A stretch of 64,000 nt of DNA from Chrysomallon squamiferum (GCA_012295275.1 CM022665.1:38192001-38256000), one strand, 5' to 3'. Positions 1 to 12,825 are shown, numbered from the stretch's first letter. The notes: a model not told the origin generated them from the letters alone. Translations and numbers: made by a program.

Positions 1-454
1 TTTTTAAAATCTCGAGAGTGACAGAGAGGAATTTTAAACTGAAGGTTTTTGACAGTAATGATGGAAATATTACTTGTGATGATTCTTTTTAAAAGCATTA
101 AATTTACCCATCTTTTTTTTTTTTTTTTTTTTTAAATGTTTTATAATATTTAAACAGAAAAATATTTTAAAATGACTTTGGTGACTCTCAAGCATTTACT
201 ACTATCTCTCTTTTATATTTCTTTTTATTATTATTTTCAAAATCTACAAATGGAGAGAGAGAAAGTTATTTTAAAATTAGTTGGTGACTCTAAATATGTT
301 TCATAATGTTTCCTTTGAAAAGCATGAAAATGTAGTATTTTTTGTTTTGTTTCTTTAAATCTGCAAATGGAGAGAATTGTGATGTTTGTTAAAATCATGC
401 GATTGGTAAAAATATAATATAAAATGTTGTCTCTTACAAAGCACTAGGTCACCA

Positions 455-507
<53 letters not shown>

Positions 508-830
508 AGACAGACAGTCAATAGAGCTAATGATGACAAGGATGTGTATTAATGGGAAGCATCACATCTATAAAAGCCTATATATATATTCACAATATCA
601 ATAATGAGACATTTTAAAATGACTGTGTTGACTCTGTAATGATAAAATCATTGTTGAATGCTTGGTATTTTAATGCTGACATCAAAATATTGACAGGAGT
701 TGTGTATTAATGTCAGAAGACGTCATCAAAATTGACTTGTTAAAAGCTTTATATTAGCAAGGTCATATTTTAAAATGATTTAATAGCTGCAGAGAAAGGT
801 TTGATATTTTAATGTTGACATTATACATCT
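1..830. repeat. Degenerate satellite-like array, irregular units of roughly 110-160 bp, interrupted by (CA)n
   Basis: Recurring blocks: TTTTAAAAT..(G/T)TGACTCT (~165, ~270, ~612), AAATCT.CAAATGGAGAGA (~240, ~357), TGTGTATTAATG (~543, ~701) and TATTTTAATG(C/T)TGACAT (~666, ~806). Confidence 0.6.
457..502. repeat. (CA)n microsatellite
   Basis: Perfect CA run read directly. Confidence 0.95.
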
Positions 831-1784
831 ATCAGACTGTGAGTTATTAGTTTACAGTTTATTTCTATTTATTTAAAAAAACTAAAAATTGTACACACAG
901 TGTGAGACAGAGAAAGAGAGAGAAGCAAAACACATGTATAAATACACAGGCAGGCAGAAAGACATAGATACAATCATTCTGCCAACCATCTATTATTTAT
1001 ACATGTATGTGTCCGTATCTCTGTGTGTGTGTGTGTGTGTCTATTTTTTTTTTAAGAGGCCAAATACACTCATTGATTCATCTAACATTCTATGTATTAA
1101 AAAAATTCTACAAAATGCAAATTTTTATAAGAATCTCAAAGGGTCATTAATTTTCCTGTCATTTTTTTTTTAAATCTTTAATATGATGCATGCTTATAGG
1201 AGTGACACAGAGCTATATCTGGCCATTTATTGTCATGAGCCTACAAAGAACACTCTAGTTTGAAAGAAACATGTTTTTTTTTTCTTTTTTTTTGTGTTAA
1301 CTTAAATTTCATTTGCTTTTTTTTTATATATATATTAAGTTTAATTTCATTTGAATCTGGCCACATATCATGTTGGAAAGCACACACACAAACATAAGGA
1401 TGTAGGGAACATTAGTGACAATATCTCCCATCACTGACTGGTTAATTCGGGCAGTGATACTGTTACATTTACACTTGAATGTGATGTAAACTTGTTAAAG
1501 AGGCGACTGTTACACAAGATTTTTGTTATGTCAGATTCTGCTACATTTCTGTCCTGGACACAAAAGCTGCACGGTGGGAAGCCAGTGCTTTAATTCAGCA
1601 AATTCTATGTAACTAAGATGGCCGACTGTATATCAACAAACTGGCCCATGAACAATAGTATGTGTTGTAGATCTACATCAGATAAGAATTGAAAGGAAAC
1701 CATTCATTTCCTCTGCATCAAATAAGCAAGCTGCTAAGAGAGAGAGAGAGCTTGCATGTTGTGTGCGTCAACAAGAAACAGAAC

Positions 1785-2000
1785 TAGGGGCAGATCATAG
1801 ATTTCTGAAAGGTGGAAAACTGGGGGAGGGCTGCCATGATGTAATCTTTATGACAGTCCCATGTTGCAATCTTTGTAGGTTGATATAACTCTCAAGCTGA
1901 ATTTCATTAAAAAGAAAACAAAAATGTTACCAGGGAAAAATTCGGGAGATGAGTATGTATTAAATGCACCCCCCTGGATTCATGTATGGATCTGCACAGT
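1785..2000. mobile_element. Short non-autonomous TIR element (GGGGC(G/A)GATC...GATC(C/T)GC type), decayed
   Basis: Left end TAGGGGCAGATC; right end CCCCCCTGGATTC..GGATCTGCAC; G-rich left and C-rich right interior; same architecture as 5492-5680. Confidence 0.55.
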
Positions 2001-2720
2001 TTGACTGTCATGGATTTAAATGTGAAACCCTGGCATTGACGCATTTAAATTAAATGTAAAGAGACATTAAATTTTTAAAAAGGGATTTTTTTTTATCGTT
2101 TTTCTGAAGAGTTACTGAATGGGAGGAAAACTGAGTGCAGTGTTGATGATTAGTTTGTTGTGTTGAACTTGGGCAACTAACACTGATTCATTCAGCTGAA
2201 GAAAGAAGAAGAGAAAAAAATGAAACAAGAAATAAAGGTATCCAGCTAATTCATGAGAAAAAAAAAGGAACATGAAAGAAAGAACAGAATAGAAGAAAGA
2301 AAGAAAGCAGAGAAGAAAAAAAGGAAGGAAGCAGGGAGAAAAAAATATTAAAAATGAGAGAACTGAAGCAAGAAAATGGCTGAGATAATGGGAGAAAACA
2401 AAAATAGGAAAATGAAAAGATAAATAGAAGGAAAGAAGGAAGGAAGAAAGGTAAAGCAAATAAAGAAGCAAAAGAAAGGAAGAAAAGAGGTAAAATCAAA
2501 ACAAAACCTAAAAGATAAATAAAAAAACTAAAAAAAACAAAACAAATAACAATTGCTTTCCTTTATAGAAAGAAAATAGTAAACAAAAAGAAAGAAATAG
2601 CTCAAGGAAAGAAAGAAAAAGAAAATCTTAATGACAGAAACCAAAATGTAAACAAAAAACTGTACATTTAATTACAGTATCCTTTACAGAAAAAACCATG
2701 AACCTAAAATAAAAGTAACA

Positions 2721-2754
<34 letters not shown>

Positions 2755-3362
2755 TTATAGGATGCTTTATAAAGAACCTTTAATTAGGAAGACCCAATCT
2801 GCCAGTGTTTTTTTTGTTTTGTTTACATCATGTTACAGGATCAGTCTCCGGAATTTTTTTTTACCATTCCAATCAGTGCTCCTTTGACAAGGATTGATGA
2901 GTTTCTCTTATCATCTGTTTTATCTGGATCTCTGGGAATTTTATGTATCAGATACTTGCTAGTAATTAAATAAGAACTTTTTTATTTTTTTATTTTTTTT
3001 AAATAAGTAAGGCTATAGGTTATTTTAAAACAGGAAAGAAAGATAAACTTTTAAGAAAAAGAAAGAAAGAATTTATAACTTCCCCTTTTAAGTCTGGATT
3101 AAAGAGAGTTACCCAATTCAAATGATGATGAATTAATCTATTTACAAATGAACAATTGAATGAAGATTTGACAATTATTTGTATCAAAACATTTATTATT
3201 ATTATTTTACATATTGTTTTTTAAATTCGATTTAATAATTATGATTAATTTGAGTATTCAGAGTTCTATTCTTATCAGTTAACAGCAAAGGATATTTAAA
3301 ATCCATCTTATTGCAAACAGGATAACACATACCAATGACTTTGATTAAAAAAAAACAAAAAA

Positions 3363-3636
3363 GGTTGTAGAACACTGGTTGAAATGTTTAGATAGGTTTG
3401 AGGCATTATATGTCGCAGGATCAAGACTCCTCAATGCACTTTGGCTTCTATCCAGTAAAATGGTTTGTCTATTCCTGTCTCTGGGAAGATCTTCTGCCAC
3501 CAGATGTGAAGAGGAGCCAGTGGAATAGTGGCAATCCTTATTTTGAAATGAACAAAGACTGAAAAAAAGTACAAGTGTTTGACACCTAATAACCCTTCAT
3601 ACAGTATGTGTTGAATAGTCGAACATTTATTCATTC
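3363..3636 (+). mobile_element. tRNA-derived SINE, decayed near-full-length copy
   Basis: Head with B-box-like GGATCAAGAC, core TTCCTGTCTCTGGGAAG, tail TTTGACACCTAATAACC...GTGTTGAATAGTCGAACATTTATTCATTC. Confidence 0.65.
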
Positions 3637-4230
3637 AGTCAGCTGGAAACTGCTAAGTATGAACGTAATGACAAATTTATAAGCCTTGTTTAAATACAGG
3701 TACAGACATACAGGAAAGTAGAATGTTTTAAAATGGATTTTGTTTCTGTGTTTGAGTTTTTAGTATGTAGGGAAATCTTAGAATTAACTATTACTATGGG
3801 TTGTTTGGTTGTTGTTTTTTTGGCGGGGAGAGGATTTTTTCTTGTTCTTTGTTTTTTTTTGTTTTTTTCGTTTTGAGGTGAGTTTTTGGTAATAATTAAG
3901 TTAAGAATCTGTTTTTGGGATGGTAAGAAAATTTTTAAATTAAAAACAAGAAGAATAAAATGACCAAAAAAAGACAAGAAAAAGATGAACAAACAAAACC
4001 AGCAATAAGTTAATTAATACTGTTTATTTATCAGCATCATAATTTAATATTCATAATACATTCATCTGCCTAATTTATTTATTCAGCCCTTCATTTGGAC
4101 TGTCCAAACATCTTGCACTAGCCACAAGTCAAGTCAGGCTGCTGCTTTAACTGACCACCAGCAGGCATGTTGTCCACAGGTAATACATTTACACCTGGAC
4201 ACTGACTCAAAGTGTTGCAGGATGTGATAA

Positions 4231-4246
4231 CCACCAGGTGGCAGCA
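4231..4246 (+). promoter_or_regulatory. CTCF consensus binding motif
   Basis: CCACCAGGTGGCAGCA matches the CTCF core consensus CCASYAGRKGGCRSYR at every position and lies in a GC-elevated non-repeat patch (~4110-4330). Confidence 0.55.
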
Positions 4247-5279
4247 GTAGCAGCTTTCGTTGAAAAGGGACATAATTAGGGAAACGCTCATTAAACCCAT
4301 GACCTGCACTTGACGTTGCTTTTATGACAACTCATATAATAGGAAACCATTGTGACAGTCAGCAACAGCAGAATAACAGCTTGTACTTTGAGAAACATAT
4401 GGAATTGTTCAAGTGTCTCTTATACAGCTGTCATTAATATTAAATTAGCTGGGCAGTGCAGTAGTTAGCCGTTTAAATGTAATTAAGTTGCTACATTAAG
4501 TCATTTTCGTTTTTCTTGATGATGTTAAAAAAAAATGGACAGTTTCTGTAAGTTAATGTTGCATGTAACACAACAGAGTTTTGCTTAAAGAAATTATTGC
4601 TTGTTATAGTGTTGAGGAATTAACTCACTGTCAACTTCGTTAATTTCATGTAGAAATTTAATTATAATTTTTGTTTAATGTAATTTTTTTTTTTTTATAA
4701 ATTTGGTTTTGAGCTCAGGAAGAATGGAAATATTAACTCAGTCTTAGAAATAATTATGTAGATTGCTTCGCTTAAAATGGATTAAATAATTTTGAAAAAT
4801 ATTTGAATGCAAGTAGAATTTACTTCTAAAAAAAACAAAATGGCACTAGAAAACAATTTACATTGTGTTTTCTGTTAGATAATTATCATACACACACATT
4901 TTTAAATTCATTTTACATTAAGTTTGGAAAAACATCCAAACACACATTCAGAAAAGACATGCATAATTATACATGTAAAAGTATATCTTATATACACACA
5001 TGAATGCACACACATACATGCACTTAAACATGATCAGTTAAACACATGCAATATTTATCATATATATCTTTGATCAAAGGAAAAATTAAAACTTCAAAAG
5101 ATTACTTAATGCTGATAATGAAAGAGGTCTGTACAAAGATTATTAAAATAGAAATTTCAGTAGATATCTATAACATTTTACTTACCACTAAAAACAACAT
5201 ATATACCAATAAACCTACAAAAATACACGGTTTTCTAGTGTTATATATATATATATATAGTATGTACATCAGTATGTAT

Positions 5280-5371
5280 TTATATGTATGTATATGCATA
5301 TGTGTGTGTGTATGGGTATATGTATATATGTATTTGTGTCTTGTGTATGTGTGTGTGTGTCTGTGTGTGTG

Positions 5372-5403
<32 letters not shown>

Positions 5404-5432
5404 ATGGGTGTGTTTACATGTGTATGTATGTA
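5280..5432. repeat. Compound (TG)n/(TATG)n microsatellite
   Basis: Read directly; it explains the ORFs 5046-5372 and 5284-5592. Confidence 0.9.
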
Positions 5433-5491
5433 TTTAAAGAAAACTGGCCGAGTTACTGTTAGAGTAGTAATAAATAACTACTTACAAAACC

Positions 5492-5680
5492 CAGGGGCAG
5501 ATCCTGATTTATCAGAAGTGGGGGCACAGCTCCATCATTGCACAGTGAATATAACTAAAAAACTAAACGAGTATGCATTATGTTACACATAATTTAAAAA
5601 AATGCTAACCCGATGAAAACCAAGTAGGGGAAGTGATATACTGGGTGCGACCCACCCCCACCCACCTAGATCTGCATATC
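5492..5680. mobile_element. Short non-autonomous TIR element (MITE-like)
   Basis: Left end CAGGGGCAGATC and right end CCCACCTAGATCTGCA form an inverted GCAGATC/GATCTGC pair; sister copy at 1785-2000. Confidence 0.6.
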
Positions 5681-5908
5681 AGTGTCTGCAATTCAGATTT
5701 GTATTACAAACACAATATCTGGTTATCACACTACTGCAAACAAATTGTCCTGCGACTTATCAGTGATTATTATTCATTGCCCATATCCCTGACAGAGAAA
5801 TGAACATTTACGTCTGCATTATCCAAGTGGATTAAGTAGGATTCACAATATCAGTAATGAACTGTATATTGAGACCAGTGAATACACAGAAATGCACATA
5901 GAGGCTAG

Positions 5909-5986
5909 CCAAATCCACAGTTTAAAGATGGACGTGTGGTTAATAAACCAAAATCCGCAGTATCAGACGGATGTATGGTTAATAAT
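5909..5986. repeat. Two-copy ~39-bp direct repeat
   Basis: AAATCCACAGTTTAAAGATGGACGTGTGGTTAATAA vs AAATCCGCAGTATCAGACGGATGTATGGTTAATAA. Confidence 0.85.
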
Positions 5987-6569
5987 TTATCAAGGAATCG
6001 GGCAGGCCAGAGATAAACTACTTAAGAAGGAGACAGATAGGATCAGTGGGAACTGCATTATGTGAACAGTTAGATATGGTTTGTAGCACGAGTTATGTAA
6101 CAAAGAGAAAAACACAAATCTTTGTTATTGAAGTGAGTGACCGCCGAGTTAAATTTATTTTTGTGTATGTGTGTTGTTGGCTCTTTTTTTTTTTTTCTTT
6201 TCTTTTTTTTTTTTTGTTTGGCTTTATAATTGAAATGAAAATATTTGTCTTTCAGTTACTTCTGAGATAAATGATATAAAAGTTATTATTATTCTTTTTT
6301 CATTTTTATTATTATTTTGAAATAACAATGTTTTTCTTTTAGTGACCTATAAGATACATTATGCAAAAGGTGGTTTTCTTTCTTGTTATTCTTCTTCTTT
6401 AGCTTGAAATAAAAATGTGAAGGTTTTTGTGTCCTTCTTTTCTTTTCTTTTCCATTTATTGTTAAGATAAACTTTTAGTTATTATTATTATTGTTATTAT
6501 TATTATTATTATTAAAGACTTTTTAAAAAGTACTATGTAATATATGTATTGCTGAGATTCTTAATTTTC

Positions 6570-6740
6570 AACATGACCACTCTCATGATGGATACAAATC
6601 GTGATATGATTCTGAAGTTCCCTTATATAAACACCTTCTCATAAAGCAGTCATGGAGTACTTACTAGAATGGGAAAAGGCCATTGACTACCCCAATGTGT
6701 ATTGGTCCTATAATCCTTTATGCCTCAGCTCTCAATACTA
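6570..6740 (-). mobile_element. SINE remnant
   Basis: Plus-strand TTATATAAACACCTTCTCATA...CAGTCATGGAGTACTTACTAGAATGGGAAAAGGCCATTG resembles the reverse complement of the family core and head. Confidence 0.5.
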
Positions 6741-8559
6741 GCAACTAAGAAATTAATTTTGTAATTATTACAGTAATAATAATGAAAATTATGACAACAC
6801 CACCACCAATACAAAAAAATAATAATAACAACGATGGTTATGATGATGATGATGATAAATAATTTCAAACATAAAATAGTAAACAAAAAAGTCAGCAACC
6901 AAAACATTACTAACTACAACAAATAAAAAAATTAATAATAGTAATTATAATTATTGTAATAAAAATAATAAATATATAAATAAATAAATAAATAAATAAG
7001 TAAATAAATAAAAACATAAAATAAATTAAAAAAAAAAAATAATAAATAATGAAACAAAATGAAATAATAAAATTAAAATTAAAATTAAAATTAAATTTAG
7101 ATTAAATTAAATCATTTAAATCACATATTTATATAACCACAATTATTCTAATTAGATTTTGATAATAATATTAATAATAATACATCACTATTATTGTCAG
7201 CATCCAGTACTGAATTAACTGTGCAGTTATTTCTTCACCTATAACCTTCAAAACGTAATCAAGGTGAAACTAGTACTAATTTCTTTCCCACTGGCCTATA
7301 CAAGAGTATGATAACCTATAAAACACAACCAGGTGTGAAGGTGATGATGATACAAGTCTCTATCATATTACAACATACAAACAAGATAACGATACCTGTA
7401 ATTATATCAGGTCACCTGGCAGGTAGAACAATGAAGTTTATAGTAAACTGTGCTAATCTGGAATTTACACCTGTACAATGAAAAGGATTAAAAGGTTCAC
7501 ACATTTTTGAACCAATGACGACTGTAAAAGTATAGATTCACGACAGTTATGTCCTTTCTAGCAGATATTTAGTCGGTGAATATTTATCTTATGAACATGA
7601 GAAAAAAATAAATGCAGTAAACGTAACAACAGAAATTGTTGCAGTAAAAGATTTTTAATACATTTGGTTACAAACCTCAGAAGTACAAAACTGATATGTA
7701 AACAACTAAATGAATTGTAGAGCGTGAATGTTGATTTATTAAATAAATCCTTAAACCTATTTTACTCATTCACAGTCATTACTAGCCCAGGCTGTGTTGG
7801 GAAATAGCCTAATAGTGCCCTAAGGAGATTTGATCTTGAAATATATAGCTTCTGATGGGGCTTATAACTTGCAGACATTTTTTTTCTGACTGCACTTACT
7901 GACAAGACTATATACTGGCTCAGTTTTCAATGTACCTATAGTAATGTTAACAATTTCTAAAGGTTAAAAAGGTAATATTTACAAAAAAATATTTAAAAAC
8001 TATTAACAAAAGATAATGTACAAAGAGAAAAAAACAAAACAATATGGACTAGAATTTGATTTGTAATTAATAATAATAAATAGAAAAGCCTATCCTAAGA
8101 ATGAAACTGTATAATTATGAAACCTTTTTTTCTTAGTATGTCTAAGAATTCAAACTTTAAAATACAAAACTTAAAAAAGAAAAGGGGTTACTCTTCTCAG
8201 AGGTCTATACATTGATTTTAATATATTGAAGTAAATTATAAATTAATTTAAATCACTGATATTATTATGAAATAAAATGAAAATTTATCCTGATTTTATT
8301 AAGAAAGTAAATGAAAATGTAGCCTGTTTTATTACATATGCAGTTACCCAGGCTAGCATTACAAGTAGAAACAAGAGCTGACAGCTTTCACTGTAACAGA
8401 ATTACTGAAAACCAGCCAACAGCCAACAAATTCACTGACACTGTCATGATCAAAGTGCAGCATACATCACACATATACAGATATGACATGATTCACTGCC
8501 TTTTGGCAAACATCAAAGAGAAATCATTTAATTTCACTGTATATAGTAAGTTACTTCAT

Positions 8560-9222
8560 TTTATGTGGGTTACCTCAGTTTATGTAAATTATCTCAGTAT
8601 ACAGAATGTCTTATCTCAATGCATATAATAAGTTATCTTAATGTATACAGCTAGTTGTCTCAATGTATATATATGTTGAAAGTTATTTCAGTGAATCTCA
8701 ATGTATGTAATGTATTTCAGTATAAAGAGTAAGTTATCTCAGAATCTCAATGTATGTGTGAGGTCAGGATGTGTATGTGAGATATCTTGTTATGATATAT
8801 GTTATCTTAATGTCTTAAGTTACTTCACTGTTTGTACTACATTTTCTCAATGTACAGAAAAAAGATATCTCAGTGTATATTAGTTATCAAAATGTATGTA
8901 TTAAGGTATTTCAGTATATGGTGTATGTTATTTCGATGTATAGAAGTTATATCAATCTATAAATTTTAAGTTATCTCATCACAGAGAATGTATTATCTCT
9001 GTATATGAATTATGTCATTTCATTTTACTGTATGGAATAAGTTATTTCAATGTTTTTGAGTTAACTCAATGTATGAAATTTTTATTTCAACCTACAGAAG
9101 TGATTTCAGTGTATGTTAGTTTTCTCAATGTGTGACATAGCTATTTCAACCTACAGGAGTTGTCTCGGGGTATGTAAGTTATTTCAATGTTTAGAGTGTA
9201 TTATCTCTAGAATATCTCAAAT
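8560..9222. repeat. Degenerate minisatellite, core AGTTAT(C/T)TCAATGTAT, units of roughly 18-28 bp, more than 20 copies
   Basis: TTATCTCAATG/TTATTTCAGTG variants recur throughout the interval. Confidence 0.85.
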
Positions 9223-9421
9223 TTATTTAATAAGAGCTTTCCCAAATATTCTGCAGATATGATCAGACTAAGGGTATGGTACATGGTACCACATACCACA
9301 GTGTTCTTTATTGATTCTTTTACTCAGATGGAGGGTTTTATCTGTATCTGTTCCTCATCAGTTTTCCACCTGTGTTGATTGAGCACCAGAGCACCAGGGG
9401 TCAGAAATACTGTAGACTTAC

Positions 9422-9510
9422 CTTTAAGGTGTGTCTGTTTGGATAGTGAATGAAGTGAAACTGGATACATGTTCACAGATTTGTGCTTTATTCATTGACA
9501 CTTTGAAGAA
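9422..9510 (-). other. Candidate 89-nt exon (non-coding or start-codon exon)
   Basis: Minus strand: acceptor TATTCTTTTTCACACCTCAG and consensus donor AAG|GTAAGT. All three frames from the acceptor hit stops; an internal ATG gives MYPVSLHSLSKQTHLK, phase 1. Confidence 0.2.
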
Positions 9511-9579
9511 CTGAGGTGTGAAAAAGAATATATATTCATAATACTGATTTCATTCAACAGAAAATAATAAAACAGTAAG

Positions 9580-9852
9580 AATGATATTAATCATATTATT
9601 AATAATAGTAATAATAAGAACAGAAACATTGACAATAACAGTAACTACAACAACCATAATAATTCAGAGGAAAATTGCAATAATAATAATAATAACAATA
9701 TTAATAGTTACAGTAGTAGAGGTAATAATAACAGTAATAGTAGTAGTAATAATAGTAGTAGTAGTAGTAATAATAGTAGTAGAATACCAACAGTAGTAGT
9801 AGTAGGAGGAGGAGTAGTCGTAGTAGTAATAGTGGTAGTAGTACTAATAATA
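9580..9852. repeat. Compound (AAT)n/(TAG)n trinucleotide repeat
   Basis: Read directly; it explains the ORFs 9581-9796 and 9701-9907. Confidence 0.9.
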
Positions 9853-10715
9853 AGTAAATATTAATGATTTTTGAATAATCAGTATTAAATAATATATTTT
9901 TTAACATAATTTTATTATTGATGAATCACATGCCTAAATGTTACAGAGTAACCAAAATATTGCATAATTAAACATTAAAGTGTACTTGTACAACAACAAA
10001 ATGAAGGCTTAAATACATTGTCTACAGCTCCAAAAGGCCAAAATGGTGGCACACATGAAATTTTCAAGATCGCAATATTTTATTGTTACACTGTTTCATT
10101 TGCAGAGTCTGGCTGCTAGAAAGAAAAGCAACAGTAAGATGGAGGTACAGACAATGTATTTAGGCCATTACATCACCCAGTTAAACATGGCATGGCTGCT
10201 AATAGCTGTCGATTTATCAAGGTCTTGGAGTTTTAACAACTTATTTCATTGCCATATTCCTTCCTATTATCGTTCCCACATCTTGAGAATCGTACTTATT
10301 AAACTTTCCATATTGTAAACACTAACAAGTTTCCCAGCATTCAAAACAAATGTTTATCAGAGGAACAACAAAAGACTTGTGTAGGAAATAATAAATGGAC
10401 AAGTGATTAATATCATTAAGAGGACCACTTGAGAATAAAATAATTGCGGTGAGTGCTTTTCAAATAAGGAAATATTTGACATAGTAAAATTGTGTTCCCA
10501 TGGTCAGTGACACTATGGCAACCTGACTGTCAACTCTGTGGAAATGTAAGCTATCACTGTTCTATCAAGAGAGACTTTCTTTACTTGACACTAAACAAGT
10601 CTTACGTAACTTTATGAATGTGACACCACGTGAAGATGAGTCATTGTATCTTGACAGTTTTTACTTGCAGGGTGCTTTTTATAAATATGCCCTTGTATGT
10701 ATATTGTATATATGA

Positions 10716-10716
<1 letters not shown>

Positions 10717-10761
<45 letters not shown>

Positions 10762-11094
10762 ACATATATGAATGTATACACACTTTTACACATAGATGTT
10801 CACACAGAGACAATAAAAATACATTCACACACATATATACACACAAATATATACATACATACAAATATGATTAAATACATAAATACCTATATACATACAC
10901 ATATATATATACACAAATTCATACATATATATATATATATATATAAATACATACACACACATACATATGCATTCACACATATACACATATACACATACAT
11001 ACACACATGTACACATACATACATGCATACATACATACATGCATACATACACATACATGCATACATACATACATACATACATACATACATACAT

Positions 11095-11127
<33 letters not shown>
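10717..11127. repeat. (TG)n followed by (TACA)n/(CA)n compound microsatellite
   Basis: Read directly; it explains five overlapping H/T/Y/I or C/V/M-rich ORFs. Confidence 0.95.
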
Positions 11128-12195
11128 ACAGACATACAAAAGACAGAGAATATTCAAAATCCTAAACTACATATTTACCAGTGTCAGGGTTTCCACAAAA
11201 ACTAGTTGCATGCAAAAATGACAAAAGATAAAAGAACAGCATGCTTCGTGGGAAGTGATGATCACCCTCGGCTATTGAGCAACTTTTTTTAAGGTTGTTT
11301 TGATGGCCGAACAGTAACATCATCCGCCTTCGGAGTGTGGGCGAATGGGTGACATATGTTTGAGTCTCCATACCATATTTATTAAGGTATAAATTGTATT
11401 TTTATGTATTTAAATTCAGTTAAATTTTTTTGCAGTTTTTGGATTTGTTTTTAAAATTGGGATAAGACATATAGGAAAGCTAAGATTCCAGGAGATTTTA
11501 TTCTGCAAACAGTAATTCATACAATTAATAGAAATTACCTAAGACTCATGCATCCATTTCATAAGTGTTTTTAATTTACTTTTGCGAGTGCATTAACGCT
11601 TTGCAATATGGGCAGCCAGCCATTTTATCAATCATCATTCATGTGAGAAACCATAATTCAAAACCAATAAATATTCTATTATATTTTATTACGTTAATTC
11701 TGCACCAATTTTCAATGCAAATATTTTTCAATGAAATATACATGAATAAATGTTGTACGTGTACTGACAAACGTATTAAAATTTAAAAATAATGCAAAAG
11801 TAAATAAGTAATATATTTTAAAATAAGATTGTGTATATATATATATATAATTGAAGAAAAAAATGAATAAGGTAAGTAATGAATATATTTAAATTCAATT
11901 ATCAAGCCTTTATAAAATTTTGTATTCACCTCCAGTATTGCAAAACACAAACAGTGTACCACGCAACTGTAATAGAAAAATGAGCACATCCAAAGAAGAA
12001 TAATATGCTGCAATGAATTAATATCAAATTTATCTTTAACAAAAAAAAAAATAATAATAATAATTTTAAAGCTGTGACATTTTTAATCTACATTCAACCA
12101 AAATAAACTATTTGTATTAGATAAGAAAATATGGTAATATGATAACGTACTTTTCATTACATCATTTAACGTAATGCATTTTTTTGTTGTTGCAG

Positions 12196-12344
12196 GTATA
12201 TCAACTGAAAACATGGGTGTATTGTTGAGGCACTGCAAGCAGTTAGGTGTTCCATTACCTATGCACAGCAGTTGTTCTCAGCAGACAGAATCCAGACAAC
12301 ATCTGGCAGGTCACCAGATCGATTCACGTCAGTGGATAGAATGA
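12196..12344 (+). CDS. Possible terminal coding exon (phase 1), ISTENMGVLLRHCKQLGVPLPMHSSCSQQTESRQHLAGHQIDSRQWIE*
   Basis: Acceptor TTTTTGTTGTTGCAG; 48 sense codons open from the acceptor; raised GC. No recognisable homology. Confidence 0.2.
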
Positions 12345-12514
12345 GAATGGAAGATGTGAAAATAGCCTGGTTTTTACTCTGAAAGATTTCTTGTTTAAAA
12401 ATAATCAGTTTTTGTTTGCATTATTAAAAAGATAGGAAGACAGGCTTCAGTGGAGTGATGACAAATTCTCACTGCTGAATAGAATTTAAAAAAATTTAAA
12501 TATAAATGAAGTAT

Positions 12515-12517
<3 letters not shown>

Positions 12518-12581
<64 letters not shown>

Positions 12582-12730
12582 CAACAAAAATAATAATAGC
12601 AATAATGAATAAAAAAAATATGATGATGACAATAGCAACAACAATAGCATCAGTAACAGAAAAGTAACTACTGTTATTAAAGCTACTTCTTCTATTGCTA
12701 CTACTGCTACTGTTACTCCGACTGCTACTT

Positions 12731-12783
<53 letters not shown>

Positions 12784-12825
12784 GCTACTGCTAACAGTAC
12801 CACTACTGCTACTATTACTATTACC
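12518..12825. repeat. (AAT)n plus (TAC/TGC)n trinucleotide repeats
   Basis: Read directly; it explains ORF 12486-12902. Confidence 0.9.
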
